64,000 nucleotides of DNA, from positions 224,001 through 288,000 of the forward strand of contig JANVYR010000002.1 of assembly GCA_030059665.1 (NCBI GenBank). Reading direction: 5' to 3'. The DNA is from Candidatus Calditenuis fumarioli (lineage in GTDB: Archaea > Thermoproteota > Nitrososphaeria_A > Caldarchaeales > Calditenuaceae). The position numbers and the translations under genes were made by a program. The notes below the pieces were generated by a model, which did not search any database, was not told where the DNA came from, and saw only the letters and a list, made by a program, of their open reading frames with translations. Within the stretch, counting starts at the first letter, position 1. Each line of letters starts with the position of its first letter. Of this stretch, positions 30,301-39,238 are shown one piece after another.

Positions 30301-30687
30301 GGGGTTGGTCTTGATCCTCACGGCCGCGATGCCCTCGGTCGGTGCTGCGGTCGTCCCGGGGGGCGTCATCACCGCTAGGCAGGTCCTCACGATGTCGGTG
30401 AGCGAGGAGTCGTCCGGATGTTCGAGCTCCGAAACCAGGCTCTCGGCCAGCTTGAAGGGCAGGAGCTCCTTCTGGACGCTCTGCGCGAGGGACCTGATCA
30501 GCCCCGCGATCCCCTTCCTCCCGATCGCCGCCTCGATCCGCTCGGCCATGTCCTCCGCGACCCTCACCTCGACCTCCGGCGTCGGGTAGCGCACCCTCTC
30601 CCTCAGCTTCCTGGCGACCTCGAGGTGACGAGAGAACTCGCTCCTGATGTGCTGGAAGTACTCTTCGAGCTCGGCCCGGTGATCCAT
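27301..30687 (-). CDS. polD2: DNA polymerase D large subunit DP2
   Basis: APTEGI, YYANPIRSAGGT, GGFRLRYGR, RMGRPEKA, KRRDCDGDED, C-terminal Zn finger; start MDHRAELEEYF inferred. Confidence 0.97.
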   Translation of the reverse strand: MDHRAELEEYFQHIRSEFSRHLEVARKLRERVRYPTPEVEVRVAEDMAERIEAAIGRKGIAGLIRSLAQSVQKELLPFKLAESLVSELEHPDDSSLTDIVRTCLAVMTPPGTTAAPTEGIAAVRIKTNPTGTRYLAIYYANPIRSAGGTEVAGSVVLADYVRNLLGLDRYRPTDEEVMRFIEEARTYRRKVGRFQYNVSDEVLEFVVRRIPIEITGVPTDPVPVPSFREVPRVETPYVRGGALRVVNDGVAGRAKKVLKLVQMVGLEGWEWLEEVARMMRDSTKGGSSVLKEVIVGRPVFSMADSFGGFRLRYGRAPHTSMSAVGVHPYTMRVLEDFVVVGTQLKLDYPGKGGVAVPVDCIEPPVVKLEDDSVIRVDSPSRLEEALRFGTKVLFVGDLLVSFGDCVENNVQLKPPGYCEEWWVEEVKAALRELGEVLRPDELEWVRLADQDPFRNVPPVEVACRISARTRVPLHPRYMPFWDRSTGKEVESIRRWLRSNIRSYRALPNDPEVKRALEAMLVPHRVRDGRLVLEPGWIKALIFLFRPFSPVDVSEKSVADALAALSGLPYRPRMGTVLGVRMGRPEKANQRRMKPPAHVLFPVGLLGGMRRSIVAAARAGKGPVELNVRVCIDCGSRTWRERCESCGGSTALAGFCSACGSEFVEPQSTSCPSCGSRLSLSSKFVVDFRSELEEVLGKVRVEVEEVKGVRSLTSRHKVPEELVKGVLRASLGLYVYKDGTVRFDVTNAPLTHFRPREIGTDLETLRRLGYRTDHRGDPLVSDDQICELLPQDVIIPISLAEHLFRVSRFIDRYLELKGFEPFYRWRGPEDCIGALLAALSPHTYGAVVCRVIGVIRADVAYAHPLLHAAKRRDCDGDEDSFMLLLDPLINFSTLYLPDRTGGLMDTPFLITVVLRAEEVDEQSHNVDVSFRYPLEFYQAASRGEKAQALQGRIELVADRLGTPGALRGYGFTVPAFSLTHEVTSTSYRRLGTLVEKIEAQMRTAERVSAVDPVVVAERVMESHLLPDVVGNLRAFFMQGFVCRRCNAKYKRPPLKGRCVVCGEPVHLTVYRGMVEKNVELVLRLLERYVRDPVIREATHEALLNIGQLFGTEPSASGGKGRQTSLSSFF

Positions 30688-30832
30688 CCGGGAGGCTGCG
30701 TCCGCTCGGCCGCTAAAAGAATGCACCGCTCGACAGGAGGGCCCGAGTCCCGGCGCAGGACCGGCGGTATGCCCAAGGGATCCGAGGACGGATATGGATT
30801 GATAAGTGGGACGTGGAAGGGGTGGAGAGGCG

Positions 30833-31255
30833 ATGTCGGAGCAGGAGCAGCAACAGCAGCAGGAGGCGCCGAAGCCGAAGGCAGCCATCAAGATACCGAA
30901 GAGGGTGCTCAGGTTGAGGAAGGAGAGGCCCGAGTTCGTGAGGCAGGAGAGCTGGAGGTACGTGAGGCTCAAGCCGAACTGGAGGAGGCCGAGGGGGAAG
31001 GACAGCAAGATGAGGCTCCAGGTGAAGGGGTGGCCGCCGCTGGTGAAGGTGGGCTACCGGTCGCCCCGGAAGTACAGGGGCCTCCACCCATCGGGCTTCA
31101 GGGAGGTCTTGGTGAGCAACAGGAAGGAGCTGGAGGGGCTTGACCCGAGGGTGCACGCGGTGAGGATCTCCGGCAGGGTGGGGAGGAAGAAGGCCCTCGA
31201 GATCTACGAGGCCGCCACCCAGATGGGCCTCAGGGTCCTGAACCCGCCGGCGTGA
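30833..31255 (+). CDS. rpl32e: 50S ribosomal protein L32e
   Basis: RPEFVRQESWRY.RL..NWRRPRG.DSKMR..KGWP..VKVGYRSP. Confidence 0.97.
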   Translation: MSEQEQQQQQEAPKPKAAIKIPKRVLRLRKERPEFVRQESWRYVRLKPNWRRPRGKDSKMRLQVKGWPPLVKVGYRSPRKYRGLHPSGFREVLVSNRKELEGLDPRVHAVRISGRVGRKKALEIYEAATQMGLRVLNPPA

Positions 31256-31285
31256 TCCGCTGGGCAGTTCTCCGGCACGGGCCGC

Positions 31286-31579
31286 TCACCTGATCAGACC
31301 CATTACAAATCCAATCAGCAGGCCGAGAGCGAAGGGCGGATGGTCCATTATCACGCCTAGGAAGGTCCTCGCGCTCCTTGCGGCCTGTCCGAAGAGGCCG
31401 AAGAGCTCGCTGAACCCAGGGAGGCCGGCGATCGTGATCCCGAGGAGCAGCAGTATCAGGATGCCGACGAGCACCAGCAGGATGCCCTTCAGGACCCTCG
31501 CGACGCCGTAGCCTATCAACACGCCGATCACCAGCATGACTCCCTGCACTATCACCGACTGGGTGAAGGCGTCAAGCAC
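31286..31579 (-). CDS. Small membrane protein (FUN14-like)
   Basis: Gly-rich hydrophobic helices (IGVLIGYGVARVLK; FALGLLIGF). Confidence 0.6.
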   Translation of the reverse strand: MLDAFTQSVIVQGVMLVIGVLIGYGVARVLKGILLVLVGILILLLLGITIAGLPGFSELFGLFGQAARSARTFLGVIMDHPPFALGLLIGFVMGLIR

Positions 31580-31629
31580 GGATGAAAGACTCCGCCCTCG
31601 GGCTTAGACTTTTCCGTGAGGCCGTTCGA

Positions 31630-33549
31630 CTACGCCGAGCCGCCCGAGGTGCCGGCCCTCGCCAGCCTCTCCCGCAGCACGCGGCTCAGAACCGCTCCGT
31701 CGACCCTTCCCCGGTACCTCTTCATCAGCTCTCCCATGATGGGCCCGAACGGGTCGCGCCCCGACAGCCTCGGCAGGACCTCCCTCACCAGCTCGTCGAC
31801 GACCCTCTCGACCTCATCGAGAGGCGGAGCCTCCAGCCCGAGGGCCTTCAGTGCCTCCTCCACCGTGGACCCCGGATGGCCTGCGAGGTAAGCCAGCACG
31901 TCCCTTGCCGACTCCTTTGCCGTCCTGCCCTGCGCAACGAGCTCCAGGTACCTCCGGACCGCCCCGACGCCCACGTTCTCGACCGGAACGCCCTGGCGCC
32001 TCAGGTCCTTCATCACCTCGGTGAGGAGGCTCGCTATGAACGAAGGGGCCACACCGGTCTGGACCAGGGAGAGGAACTCCTCGACCACCTCGCCGTCGAT
32101 GAGCTCCCACGCGAGCTGCCTCGAGAGGCCGTAGGTCCTCATCAGCTCCTCAGCGCGCTCCTCGAGGGGCCTCGGCAGCGAACGCATCACCTCCTCCAGA
32201 AGATCCCTGCTCACCCTCACGAAGGGCACATCGGTCTCCGGATACATCCTGGCCGATCCGGGCCTCGGCCTGAGGTAGGAGGTGGTACCATCGGGCCTGG
32301 CGGCCCTCGTCTCGTCCGGTATCACCTCCACCGCGAGCGATGCCCTCTCGATGACAGCACCGAGGGCGTCGAGGCACCTCCGCTCAGGGCCGAGCACTAG
32401 GACGAAAGCGTCGCCTTCACCGCATGAGAGCTCGCGTCGGACAGCGGCCACCTCCTCCTGCGTGATCCCGTAGCCCGGCAGCTCGTCGGAGTGGAGGATG
32501 CCCTCGACGCCTCCCCAGGCCCTCGCGTACTCGGAGAGCTCCCTCCCGAGCCTGACGTCGCCTCCGCCCAGAAGGCCCGCGAAGCCCGGGAGCCTGACGC
32601 CCATCACCCTCCAGCCCTTCGATAGCGCGTTCGAGACGAGCCTGCTCCTGCTCGATGAGAAGACGTGCGTCAGGTCCCTGACCTTCTCCGACGAGACCGA
32701 TTCCGCCCTGACGCCCCTCGACCTCAGCTCGCTCCTGACGCGCTCAAGGTGCAGCAGCCTCCGGACCTCGTACTCGATCACCCTCGGCAGGTCCTCGAGC
32801 TCCTGGACGCCCTTCACCTCCACCAGCCCGCTTCCGGCGATGGAGACGTTCAGGTCCTGACGCACCGTCCCGATGCCCCTCTTCACCTTCCCAGTCGCTC
32901 TCAGGAGCCTCCCTATCGCCAGCGCCACCTCGTAGGCCTCCCTCGGGTCCTCGATGACTGGCGCGGTGGAGACCTCTATCAGCGGTATCCCGAGCCGGGA
33001 GAGGTCGTAAACGACCTGGCCGTCGCGCTGCTCGATGAGCCTGGCCGCGTCCTCCTCGAGCGTTATCGTCTGTATCGGCACCACCTTGCTCCCCACCCTG
33101 ACGGACCCTCCCACCGCGACGATGCAGGTCCTCTGGAAGCCGGTGGTGTTGGAGCCGTCGATGACGATCTTCCTCATAACCTGTATCTCGTCGACGGGCC
33201 TTGCGCCGACCATGGCCGCGAAGGTCAGCGCTATCCTCAGCGCCTCCCTGTTCAGCTCGTGGGGAGGCTCCTCGTCCATCTCGACGAGGCACACCGACCC
33301 CAGGTCGGCCCTGTAGACGATCGTCCTGGCGCGCCTCATCTCGAACCTCGCCGCAGGATCGACCTCGCCGAGCTCGCTCTGGGCCTCCCTCAGCCTCCGG
33401 ACGAACTCGACGGTCCTGCCGGTCGTCCTCGGCTCGGTCGGGCAGTCGCAGAAGAGCTTCGTCCTAGTGTCCAGCTGCCGGTGGATCTCCAGGCCCACCC
33501 TCAGCCCCAGCTCCCGGTAGTTCAGGCCCAAATCGCGGCGCCCCGCCAT
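31630..33549 (-). CDS. gatE: Glu-tRNA(Gln) amidotransferase subunit E
   Basis: GLRVGLEIHRQL..KLFC, EMDEEPPH, MRKIVIDGSNTTGFQRT, RQDLNVSI, RMYPETD. Confidence 0.97.
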   Translation of the reverse strand: MAGRRDLGLNYRELGLRVGLEIHRQLDTRTKLFCDCPTEPRTTGRTVEFVRRLREAQSELGEVDPAARFEMRRARTIVYRADLGSVCLVEMDEEPPHELNREALRIALTFAAMVGARPVDEIQVMRKIVIDGSNTTGFQRTCIVAVGGSVRVGSKVVPIQTITLEEDAARLIEQRDGQVVYDLSRLGIPLIEVSTAPVIEDPREAYEVALAIGRLLRATGKVKRGIGTVRQDLNVSIAGSGLVEVKGVQELEDLPRVIEYEVRRLLHLERVRSELRSRGVRAESVSSEKVRDLTHVFSSSRSRLVSNALSKGWRVMGVRLPGFAGLLGGGDVRLGRELSEYARAWGGVEGILHSDELPGYGITQEEVAAVRRELSCGEGDAFVLVLGPERRCLDALGAVIERASLAVEVIPDETRAARPDGTTSYLRPRPGSARMYPETDVPFVRVSRDLLEEVMRSLPRPLEERAEELMRTYGLSRQLAWELIDGEVVEEFLSLVQTGVAPSFIASLLTEVMKDLRRQGVPVENVGVGAVRRYLELVAQGRTAKESARDVLAYLAGHPGSTVEEALKALGLEAPPLDEVERVVDELVREVLPRLSGRDPFGPIMGELMKRYRGRVDGAVLSRVLRERLARAGTSGGSA

Positions 33550-33673
33550 CGACGAACCGAGCCTGCCAAAAAAGTTCCGCCGGACCCGGAGGGCCTGCCG
33601 ACGCGAATCGGACGCTCCTCGCACCCGGAGCCCAACAACAATTTATCAGAGAGATCCATGGGGTTGATCGAGG

Positions 33674-34303
33674 ATGACCACCACGGTGGGGTTCGTCGTG
33701 GGGAACGTGGTCGTTCTGGCGACCGATACGAGGGCCACCGCAGGCTTCTTCGTGGCCCACAGGAGGGCCAAGAAGATCCACAAGGTATCGGACTACATCG
33801 CGATGACGATCGCGGGGAGGGTCGCTGACGCGCAGGCGCTGGTGGACCTGATGAGGGCTAACGTCAGGCACTACGAGGTCACGCAGGGCAGGAGGATGCA
33901 GGTGAGGGCGCTCGCGACGCTCCTCTCCACCTACATGTTCTACTACCGGTTCTTCCCATATCAGACCCAGCTGCTGGTCGGCGGCGTCGACGACTCCGGT
34001 GCGCACCTCTTCAACGTTGACCCGCTCGGCGGCGTGACGGAGGAGAAGGTGATCAGCACCGGCTCCGGCTCTCCGGTTGCGCTGGGCGTCCTCGAGTCGG
34101 AGTACAGGGAGGACCTCTCAATAGACCAGGCGGTGGAGCTGGCATACAAGGCCGTGGCCGTCGCGACGAGGAGGGACATCGGGAGCGGCGACAGCATCGA
34201 CGTCGCCTACATCTCGCCCGCAACGGGTTACGTTGAGCTTTCGCCCTCGGAGAAGAAGGCGCTGTTCAATAAGTACGTCTATCCCCACATCATCCAGTAC
34301 TGA
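33674..34303 (+). CDS. psmB: Proteasome beta subunit
   Basis: TTTVG...VLATDTRAT...AKKI...AG..ADAQ, TGSGS..A.GVLE, RDIGSG. Confidence 0.96.
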   Translation: MTTTVGFVVGNVVVLATDTRATAGFFVAHRRAKKIHKVSDYIAMTIAGRVADAQALVDLMRANVRHYEVTQGRRMQVRALATLLSTYMFYYRFFPYQTQLLVGGVDDSGAHLFNVDPLGGVTEEKVISTGSGSPVALGVLESEYREDLSIDQAVELAYKAVAVATRRDIGSGDSIDVAYISPATGYVELSPSEKKALFNKYVYPHIIQY

Positions 34304-34323
34304 GCTCCATAAGAGAGATTCTA

Positions 34324-35556
34324 TCACTCGCCGAACATCTCGACCCTTCCCGTGAGGTCCATAAGCGTGTTCATCAGGTCCAGGCCCCTGATCCTTCCGA
34401 GGCCGCCTCGGGCGCAGCTCACCTCATCGAACCTGACCACCTCGTCCCTCCTCACGCCCTCGCCCCATATCAGCAGCGGGACCGGGTCACCGTGATGGCG
34501 TCCGTCGACGGAGCTCGTGGTGTGGTCTCCCGTGACGCAGACGATCACGTCCCCCAGCTGGTCGATCCTGGCCCTCAGCTCCTTATCTATCCGCTCGATG
34601 AAGGCCGCCTTGGCCGATGGGTTCCGGTCGTGGGAGGCCGTGTCGGTGCCCTTGATGTGGAGGAAGACCAGGTCGTACGTCTTCAGCGACTCGAGGGCCG
34701 CGTTGAACTTCGCGTTCAGGTCCGTGTTCAGGGTCCCCGTCGCGGTCGGAACTATCCTGACGTCCATACCGGCGGCCTTGCAGACTCCCCTGTAGAGCGC
34801 GCCGCCTGCGATGACCACGCAACTCACGCCGTACCTCTCCCTCAATGAGGGAAGGCGAGGCATCTTGCCCGCACCGCGGGGAAGTATAGCGTTCGCGGGC
34901 CTAAGCCCCTTCCTGACGCGCTCCCGGTTGAGCGGGTGGGACTCGAGGACCTCCCTCGCCTTGCGCAGGAACCTCTCCAGCTCCCTAGCGGTCCGCTCGG
35001 CCCCCGGCGACCTCGGTCTCGGCATCTCCGCCTTGACCCCCTCCATGTGCGGGTCGACGTCGGTGACCTCGTCCGATACCCCATCGCCCCTCATCACCAG
35101 GACGCCCCTGTGCTCGACGGTGGTGAGGAAGTCGAAGGCGAACTCCGAGTCGAACGCCGCGGCCATCTCCCTTATCGCCTCGCCCAGCGCCCTCGCCTCC
35201 TCCGTGGAGATCCTTCCGGCCCTCCTGTCGATGACGGTCCAGTCGTCGCCGACGGTGGCGAAGTTCACGCGGAACGCCACATCGCCGGGCCTCAGGTCCA
35301 TCCCTGCGCCGAGCGCCTCGAGCGGCCCCCTCCCCGTGTAGAACTTGTAGGGGTCGTAACCGAGTATCGAGAGGTGTCCCGTGTCGCTCCCCACCGGAAC
35401 TCCCGGAGCCACGGGATCCATGATGCCCGTGACGCCCTCCGCAGCCAGCTCGTCGAGCCCCGGCTTGTTGGCGCGCTGAAGCGGCGTCATCCCGTTCAGG
35501 GACCTGGAGGGCCTGTCGCCGAGCCCGTCGAGGAGGACGATGAGGATTTTGCTCAT
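34324..35556 (-). CDS. apgM: Archaeal 2,3-BPG-independent phosphoglycerate mutase
   Basis: LDGLGDRP, TPLQRA, GSDTGHL, GRGPLEA, HIKGTDTASH, GDHTT, HHGDPVP. Confidence 0.96.
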   Translation of the reverse strand: MSKILIVLLDGLGDRPSRSLNGMTPLQRANKPGLDELAAEGVTGIMDPVAPGVPVGSDTGHLSILGYDPYKFYTGRGPLEALGAGMDLRPGDVAFRVNFATVGDDWTVIDRRAGRISTEEARALGEAIREMAAAFDSEFAFDFLTTVEHRGVLVMRGDGVSDEVTDVDPHMEGVKAEMPRPRSPGAERTARELERFLRKAREVLESHPLNRERVRKGLRPANAILPRGAGKMPRLPSLRERYGVSCVVIAGGALYRGVCKAAGMDVRIVPTATGTLNTDLNAKFNAALESLKTYDLVFLHIKGTDTASHDRNPSAKAAFIERIDKELRARIDQLGDVIVCVTGDHTTSSVDGRHHGDPVPLLIWGEGVRRDEVVRFDEVSCARGGLGRIRGLDLMNTLMDLTGRVEMFGE

Positions 35557-35796
35557 GTGCTGAGAGTTGCGCACCCGAATTTAGCCTTCGTCCACCACCA
35601 AGCGACCTATAATAGCGATTCCGGACGATGGGGAGTGCAACACATTTTAGCGACCATTGACGAACTAATTTGGCCAATGACATCGGTCACCTCGTCGTCA
35701 ACGGCCGACCTGCGCGTGACAAAGGGAGGAGATAGCGTGAGCAGCGGCTTGAGCCACACGACGCTTTTGTCCACGATGGTTACGACGCAATTCGAT

Positions 35797-36012
35797 GTGA
35801 CGTTGAGCACCGCATTCGTGAAGTTCGATCCAGTCGCGCGGTCACTCTACGTGTACCTGCAGCCGCTAGGCAGAAGGGCAGCCAGATCGATAGCCGCCGA
35901 AGGGACCACCGTGGTCCTCGATCTCGACGAGGAAGGGGCCCCGCTGGGGATCGAAGTCCTGCTGGACGACGAGCAGGCCGCCGCGTTCACGAAGGAGAGG
36001 AGACGTCCTTAG
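35797..36012 (+). CDS. DUF2283-family small protein (putative antitoxin)
   Basis: VKFDPVARSLYVYL...VVLDLDEEGAPLGIEVL pattern; start inferred. Confidence 0.7.
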   Translation: MTLSTAFVKFDPVARSLYVYLQPLGRRAARSIAAEGTTVVLDLDEEGAPLGIEVLLDDEQAAAFTKERRRP

Positions 36013-36298
36013 GGTACACCGTCACTAAGGTGAGCGAGCAACCGGAACTCTTGTCCACAATGATCCAGATTTGACGACGCGAATCACCGGTCACACGTGA
36101 ACTCACATCGATAGCTATTTTGTAGCGAAATTCTTTGACAGTTGGTTCAAACTTTCCCTCGGACCATAATTTCTCCACAAGTCTTACAAATTCGCTCATC
36201 TCTAACCCCATATGTTGCTCGATTCCCCTTTCCCTAAATCTGTCCATAAAATGATTGGATATTCTGCGAACTTTGCAGCTCTGTAGCGATTCTTTCAT
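35987..36298 (-). CDS. DUF4258-like small protein (putative RelE-fold toxin)
   Basis: ISNHFMDRFRERGI at N-terminus and LVTVYP at C-terminus; AT-rich. Confidence 0.5.
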   Translation of the reverse strand: MKESLQSCKVRRISNHFMDRFRERGIEQHMGLEMSEFVRLVEKLWSEGKFEPTVKEFRYKIAIDVSSRVTGDSRRQIWIIVDKSSGCSLTLVTVYPKDVSSPS

Positions 36299-36300
36299 AC

Positions 36301-36744
36301 CTAATCAGCCAGCTTCACGCTCAATCTCGTACTGTACCTAATGTGATATATGGGTGACCCCATCTCATCTTTGTATTCGAGTGTTCTGCTAATAATATCT
36401 GGGTAAGCTTCCAACTCTATCAAATACTTCCGTCCATCCTCACAATCGTAATATACGCTATCGATACCTGGGGTCGATTCCTTTATGGGGATAATAGCCC
36501 ATATGTCAGGGTTAAACCAGAAATTAGTACCTGTCGGTCTTGGTTTGTCTTTCACCACCTCCTTTAACTCTGGAGGCGTGATAACTGTCACGACGATCTG
36601 GTTTTGAGTCATGAAGCTGGGTCCAGTGGGATATTTAGGACCGGTTTCAATCACGTTAACAATCACTGGCCTTATAAGAACAATCGTTCCGTCCTCCAAG
36701 TAAGCGTAACCGTACTCTGAACGCGCTACCTTGACCCTGATCAT
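36301..36744 (-). CDS. Hypothetical protein (147 aa, AT-rich island)
   Basis: Long open frame in AT-rich DNA, coupled to the next gene. Confidence 0.7.
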   Translation of the reverse strand: MIRVKVARSEYGYAYLEDGTIVLIRPVIVNVIETGPKYPTGPSFMTQNQIVVTVITPPELKEVVKDKPRPTGTNFWFNPDIWAIIPIKESTPGIDSVYYDCEDGRKYLIELEAYPDIISRTLEYKDEMGSPIYHIRYSTRLSVKLAD

Positions 36745-36901
36745 TTCGCCGCTATCTTTGGGTTCATGCTATAAGGCTTCTCAACTACTGGAGCGTTCTC
36801 GCTCGGTTAAACCGACTCGCGGACGCGAGCTGTTTGGAGGAGCATCGTACGACCGGTGAAGCCGGAATAGGCTAATCCGCAACGTTGCATCCCTCGGAGC
36901 G

Positions 36902-37999
36902 GTGAAGGTCGTCGCCTGCCTCGACCTGGACTACTTCTTCGCGCAGGCGGAGGAGCTCAGGAGACCTGAGATCAGGGGGAAGCCGGTGGTCGTATGCGTC
37001 TACTCGGGAAGAACGGAGGTCAGCGGTGCGGTCGCCTCCGCCAACTACCTAGCCAGGTCGTACGGCGTCAAGGCGGGCATGCCCATATCTCGGGCGATGA
37101 GGCTGCTGGAGGGGAAGGACGCGGTCTTCCTGCCGGTGGACAAGCGGTACTACTCGGAGCTCTCTGCGAGAGTCTTCGAGGTCGTCGGCCGCTTCGACGT
37201 AACGGTCGAGGTGGTGAGCGTGGACGAGGCCTTCATCGACCTGACCCGTGTCACCGGCGGCGACTTCGGGAGGGCCGGCGAGGTCGCGGCGTCGATCAAG
37301 AGGGAGGTGCTGCTCGAGACGGGGCTCAGGTGCACGGTCGGCGTCGGGCCCAACAAGGTGGTCGCGAAGATAGCGTGCGATCGCGCCAAGCCAGACGGTC
37401 TGCTCGTTGTGAGCCCGGAGCAGGTCAGGTCCTTCCTCAGCGATCTTCCGGTGGAGGAGATGCCCTACGTGGGCAGGAAGGTCGGCGAGAAGCTGAGGGA
37501 GATGGGGATCACCACAATAGGCCAGCTGGCGAGCGCGGACCCCCAGGTCCTCGTGGCCAGGTTCGGGGAGGCGATGGGAAGGTACCTCCACCTGGCGAGC
37601 AGGGGCGAGTACGACGAGCCAGTTGCTCCGAGGGAGGGGAGGACGCAGCTCAGCAGGATCGTGACGCTGAAGAGGGACACGTCCGACCCTGAGGAGATAC
37701 TCTCGCAGCTGGAGGGGCCCATGAGGGCGCTGCTCGATGAGGCGCGGAGGCAGGGTTACCTCTGCAGGGGCGTCGGGGTGATAGCGATCACGACCGACCT
37801 GAGGACCCTTACCAGGTCCAGAAAGCTGGGGAGCCCGGTGGAGGACCTGGAGGCGCTCAGGAGGAACGTCTCGGCGCTTCTGGAGGAGCTGCTGGGAGGC
37901 ACCGGCGGGATCAGGCTGAGGAGGGCGGGCGTGAAGCTCTTCGACCTTGAGAGGGCCTCGGGCCAGAGGACGCTGGGGGAGTTCCTCGGTAGCGGCTAA
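36902..37999 (+). CDS. dbh: Y-family DNA polymerase IV (Dpo4/Dbh)
   Basis: LDLDYFFAQ, ASANYLARSYGVKAGMP, SVDEAFID, PNKVVAKIACDRAKPDG. Confidence 0.96.
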   Translation: MKVVACLDLDYFFAQAEELRRPEIRGKPVVVCVYSGRTEVSGAVASANYLARSYGVKAGMPISRAMRLLEGKDAVFLPVDKRYYSELSARVFEVVGRFDVTVEVVSVDEAFIDLTRVTGGDFGRAGEVAASIKREVLLETGLRCTVGVGPNKVVAKIACDRAKPDGLLVVSPEQVRSFLSDLPVEEMPYVGRKVGEKLREMGITTIGQLASADPQVLVARFGEAMGRYLHLASRGEYDEPVAPREGRTQLSRIVTLKRDTSDPEEILSQLEGPMRALLDEARRQGYLCRGVGVIAITTDLRTLTRSRKLGSPVEDLEALRRNVSALLEELLGGTGGIRLRRAGVKLFDLERASGQRTLGEFLGSG

Positions 38000-38023
38000 A
38001 TCCACGACCTTCGAACGGCACAG

Positions 38024-38515
38024 GTGTCGGCCGAGGGATATCACGTCAGCCTTAGGAAGGTGCGGTTCTCCGACACCGACTGCACCGGCAGGGTCTTCTT
38101 CCCCAGGTACGTCGAGTGGATCGACGAGGCCGTGGACGACTACCTCGCCTCCCGAGGGTTCGTCTTCGACGAGAGGGGAGGCATGACCGTCAACGGATCC
38201 AGGGTCGACTGGACGCTCGTCACCGGCGAGTACTGGTGCAGGATGCTCAAGCCCCTGAGGCTGAACGACAGGCTCCTGATCAGGATCTGGGTCGAGCGGG
38301 TGGGCCGCAGCTCGCTCACCTTCGGAGGCGAGGTGCTGAGGGACGGCGAGGTGGTGGCGGTCGCGAGGATCACGTACGTCTCCGTCTCCACGTCTAGCCT
38401 GAGGTCCGTTCCGGTGCCGGAGGATCTGAGGAAGGTCCTCGCGGAGCTCGTCAGGGAAGGGAGCTCGCAGAGCGAAACAATATCACAAGCCAACCGGTCG
38501 GAAGGTCAGGAGTGA
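38024..38515 (+). CDS. Acyl-CoA thioesterase (4HBT family)
   Basis: VRFSDTDCTGRVFFPRY, VGRSSLTF. Confidence 0.92.
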   Translation: MSAEGYHVSLRKVRFSDTDCTGRVFFPRYVEWIDEAVDDYLASRGFVFDERGGMTVNGSRVDWTLVTGEYWCRMLKPLRLNDRLLIRIWVERVGRSSLTFGGEVLRDGEVVAVARITYVSVSTSSLRSVPVPEDLRKVLAELVREGSSQSETISQANRSEGQE

Positions 38516-39186
38516 GGCTGGTGGCGCTTTTCACGGGCGGAAAGGACTCGACGCTGGCGCTCGAGAGGGCGATCGAGGAGGGGCACTCGATAGCAGCGTG
38601 CCTGACAGTCGTTCCTGAGCCGAACTCCTGGGCCTTCCACGAGATCTGCCTCGACGTCACGCCGCTCCAGGCCGAGGCGATGGGAATACCACACCTCATG
38701 CTCAGGGTCGGTGGCGGGAAGGTCAGGGAGATCGAGGAGCTCGGGAGGCACCTCGCCGCGCTGAAGGATAAGCTCGGGGTGGGAGGGTTCGTGACAGGGA
38801 CCATCAGGAGCAGCTACCAGAAGACGAGGATGGACGAGCTGGCGGCGGAGCTGGGGATGAGGCACATGGCTCCCAACTGGGGTTCACCTCCGGGATCGGT
38901 GGTGCGGGAGGTGGTGAGGAGGGGATACGAGGTGCTCGTCTCCTCGGTGGCGGCCGCTGGGCTCGGGAGGGAGTGGATCGGGAGGAGGATCGACGCTCGG
39001 GCGCTGGAGGAGCTCCTGGACCTCTCGGAGCGATACGGGTTCGACCCCGACGGCGAGGGAGGGGACTACGAGACGCTCGTCCTCTGGGCCCCTCCCTTCA
39101 GGAGGAGGCTGAGGATCGACGAGTGGACCTCCACGTGGGACGGCTACTCGGGAAGGCTCGTGCTCGGGAGCTTCAGGCTCGAGTGA
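38512..39186 (+). CDS. dph6: Diphthine-ammonia ligase
   Basis: LFTGGKDS PP-loop, SSYQKTR, DPDGEGGDYETLV. Confidence 0.93.
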   Translation: MRLVALFTGGKDSTLALERAIEEGHSIAACLTVVPEPNSWAFHEICLDVTPLQAEAMGIPHLMLRVGGGKVREIEELGRHLAALKDKLGVGGFVTGTIRSSYQKTRMDELAAELGMRHMAPNWGSPPGSVVREVVRRGYEVLVSSVAAAGLGREWIGRRIDARALEELLDLSERYGFDPDGEGGDYETLVLWAPPFRRRLRIDEWTSTWDGYSGRLVLGSFRLE

Positions 39187-39238
39187 GTCCCGTGGGGCGA
39201 GGCGACACGCTCATAACCCGCTGGCGGGATGGAGGGCC

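Noticed and set aside
276-30687. Inteins in MCM, Hel308, Cdc6 or DP2
   Set aside because: Lengths and motif spacing are normal and no Hint motifs are present
627-37999. Long antisense or alternate-frame ORFs (e.g. 627-2330, 28285-30378, 34936-36012 N-terminal part, 37049-38044)
   Set aside because: Shadow frames of real GC-rich genes
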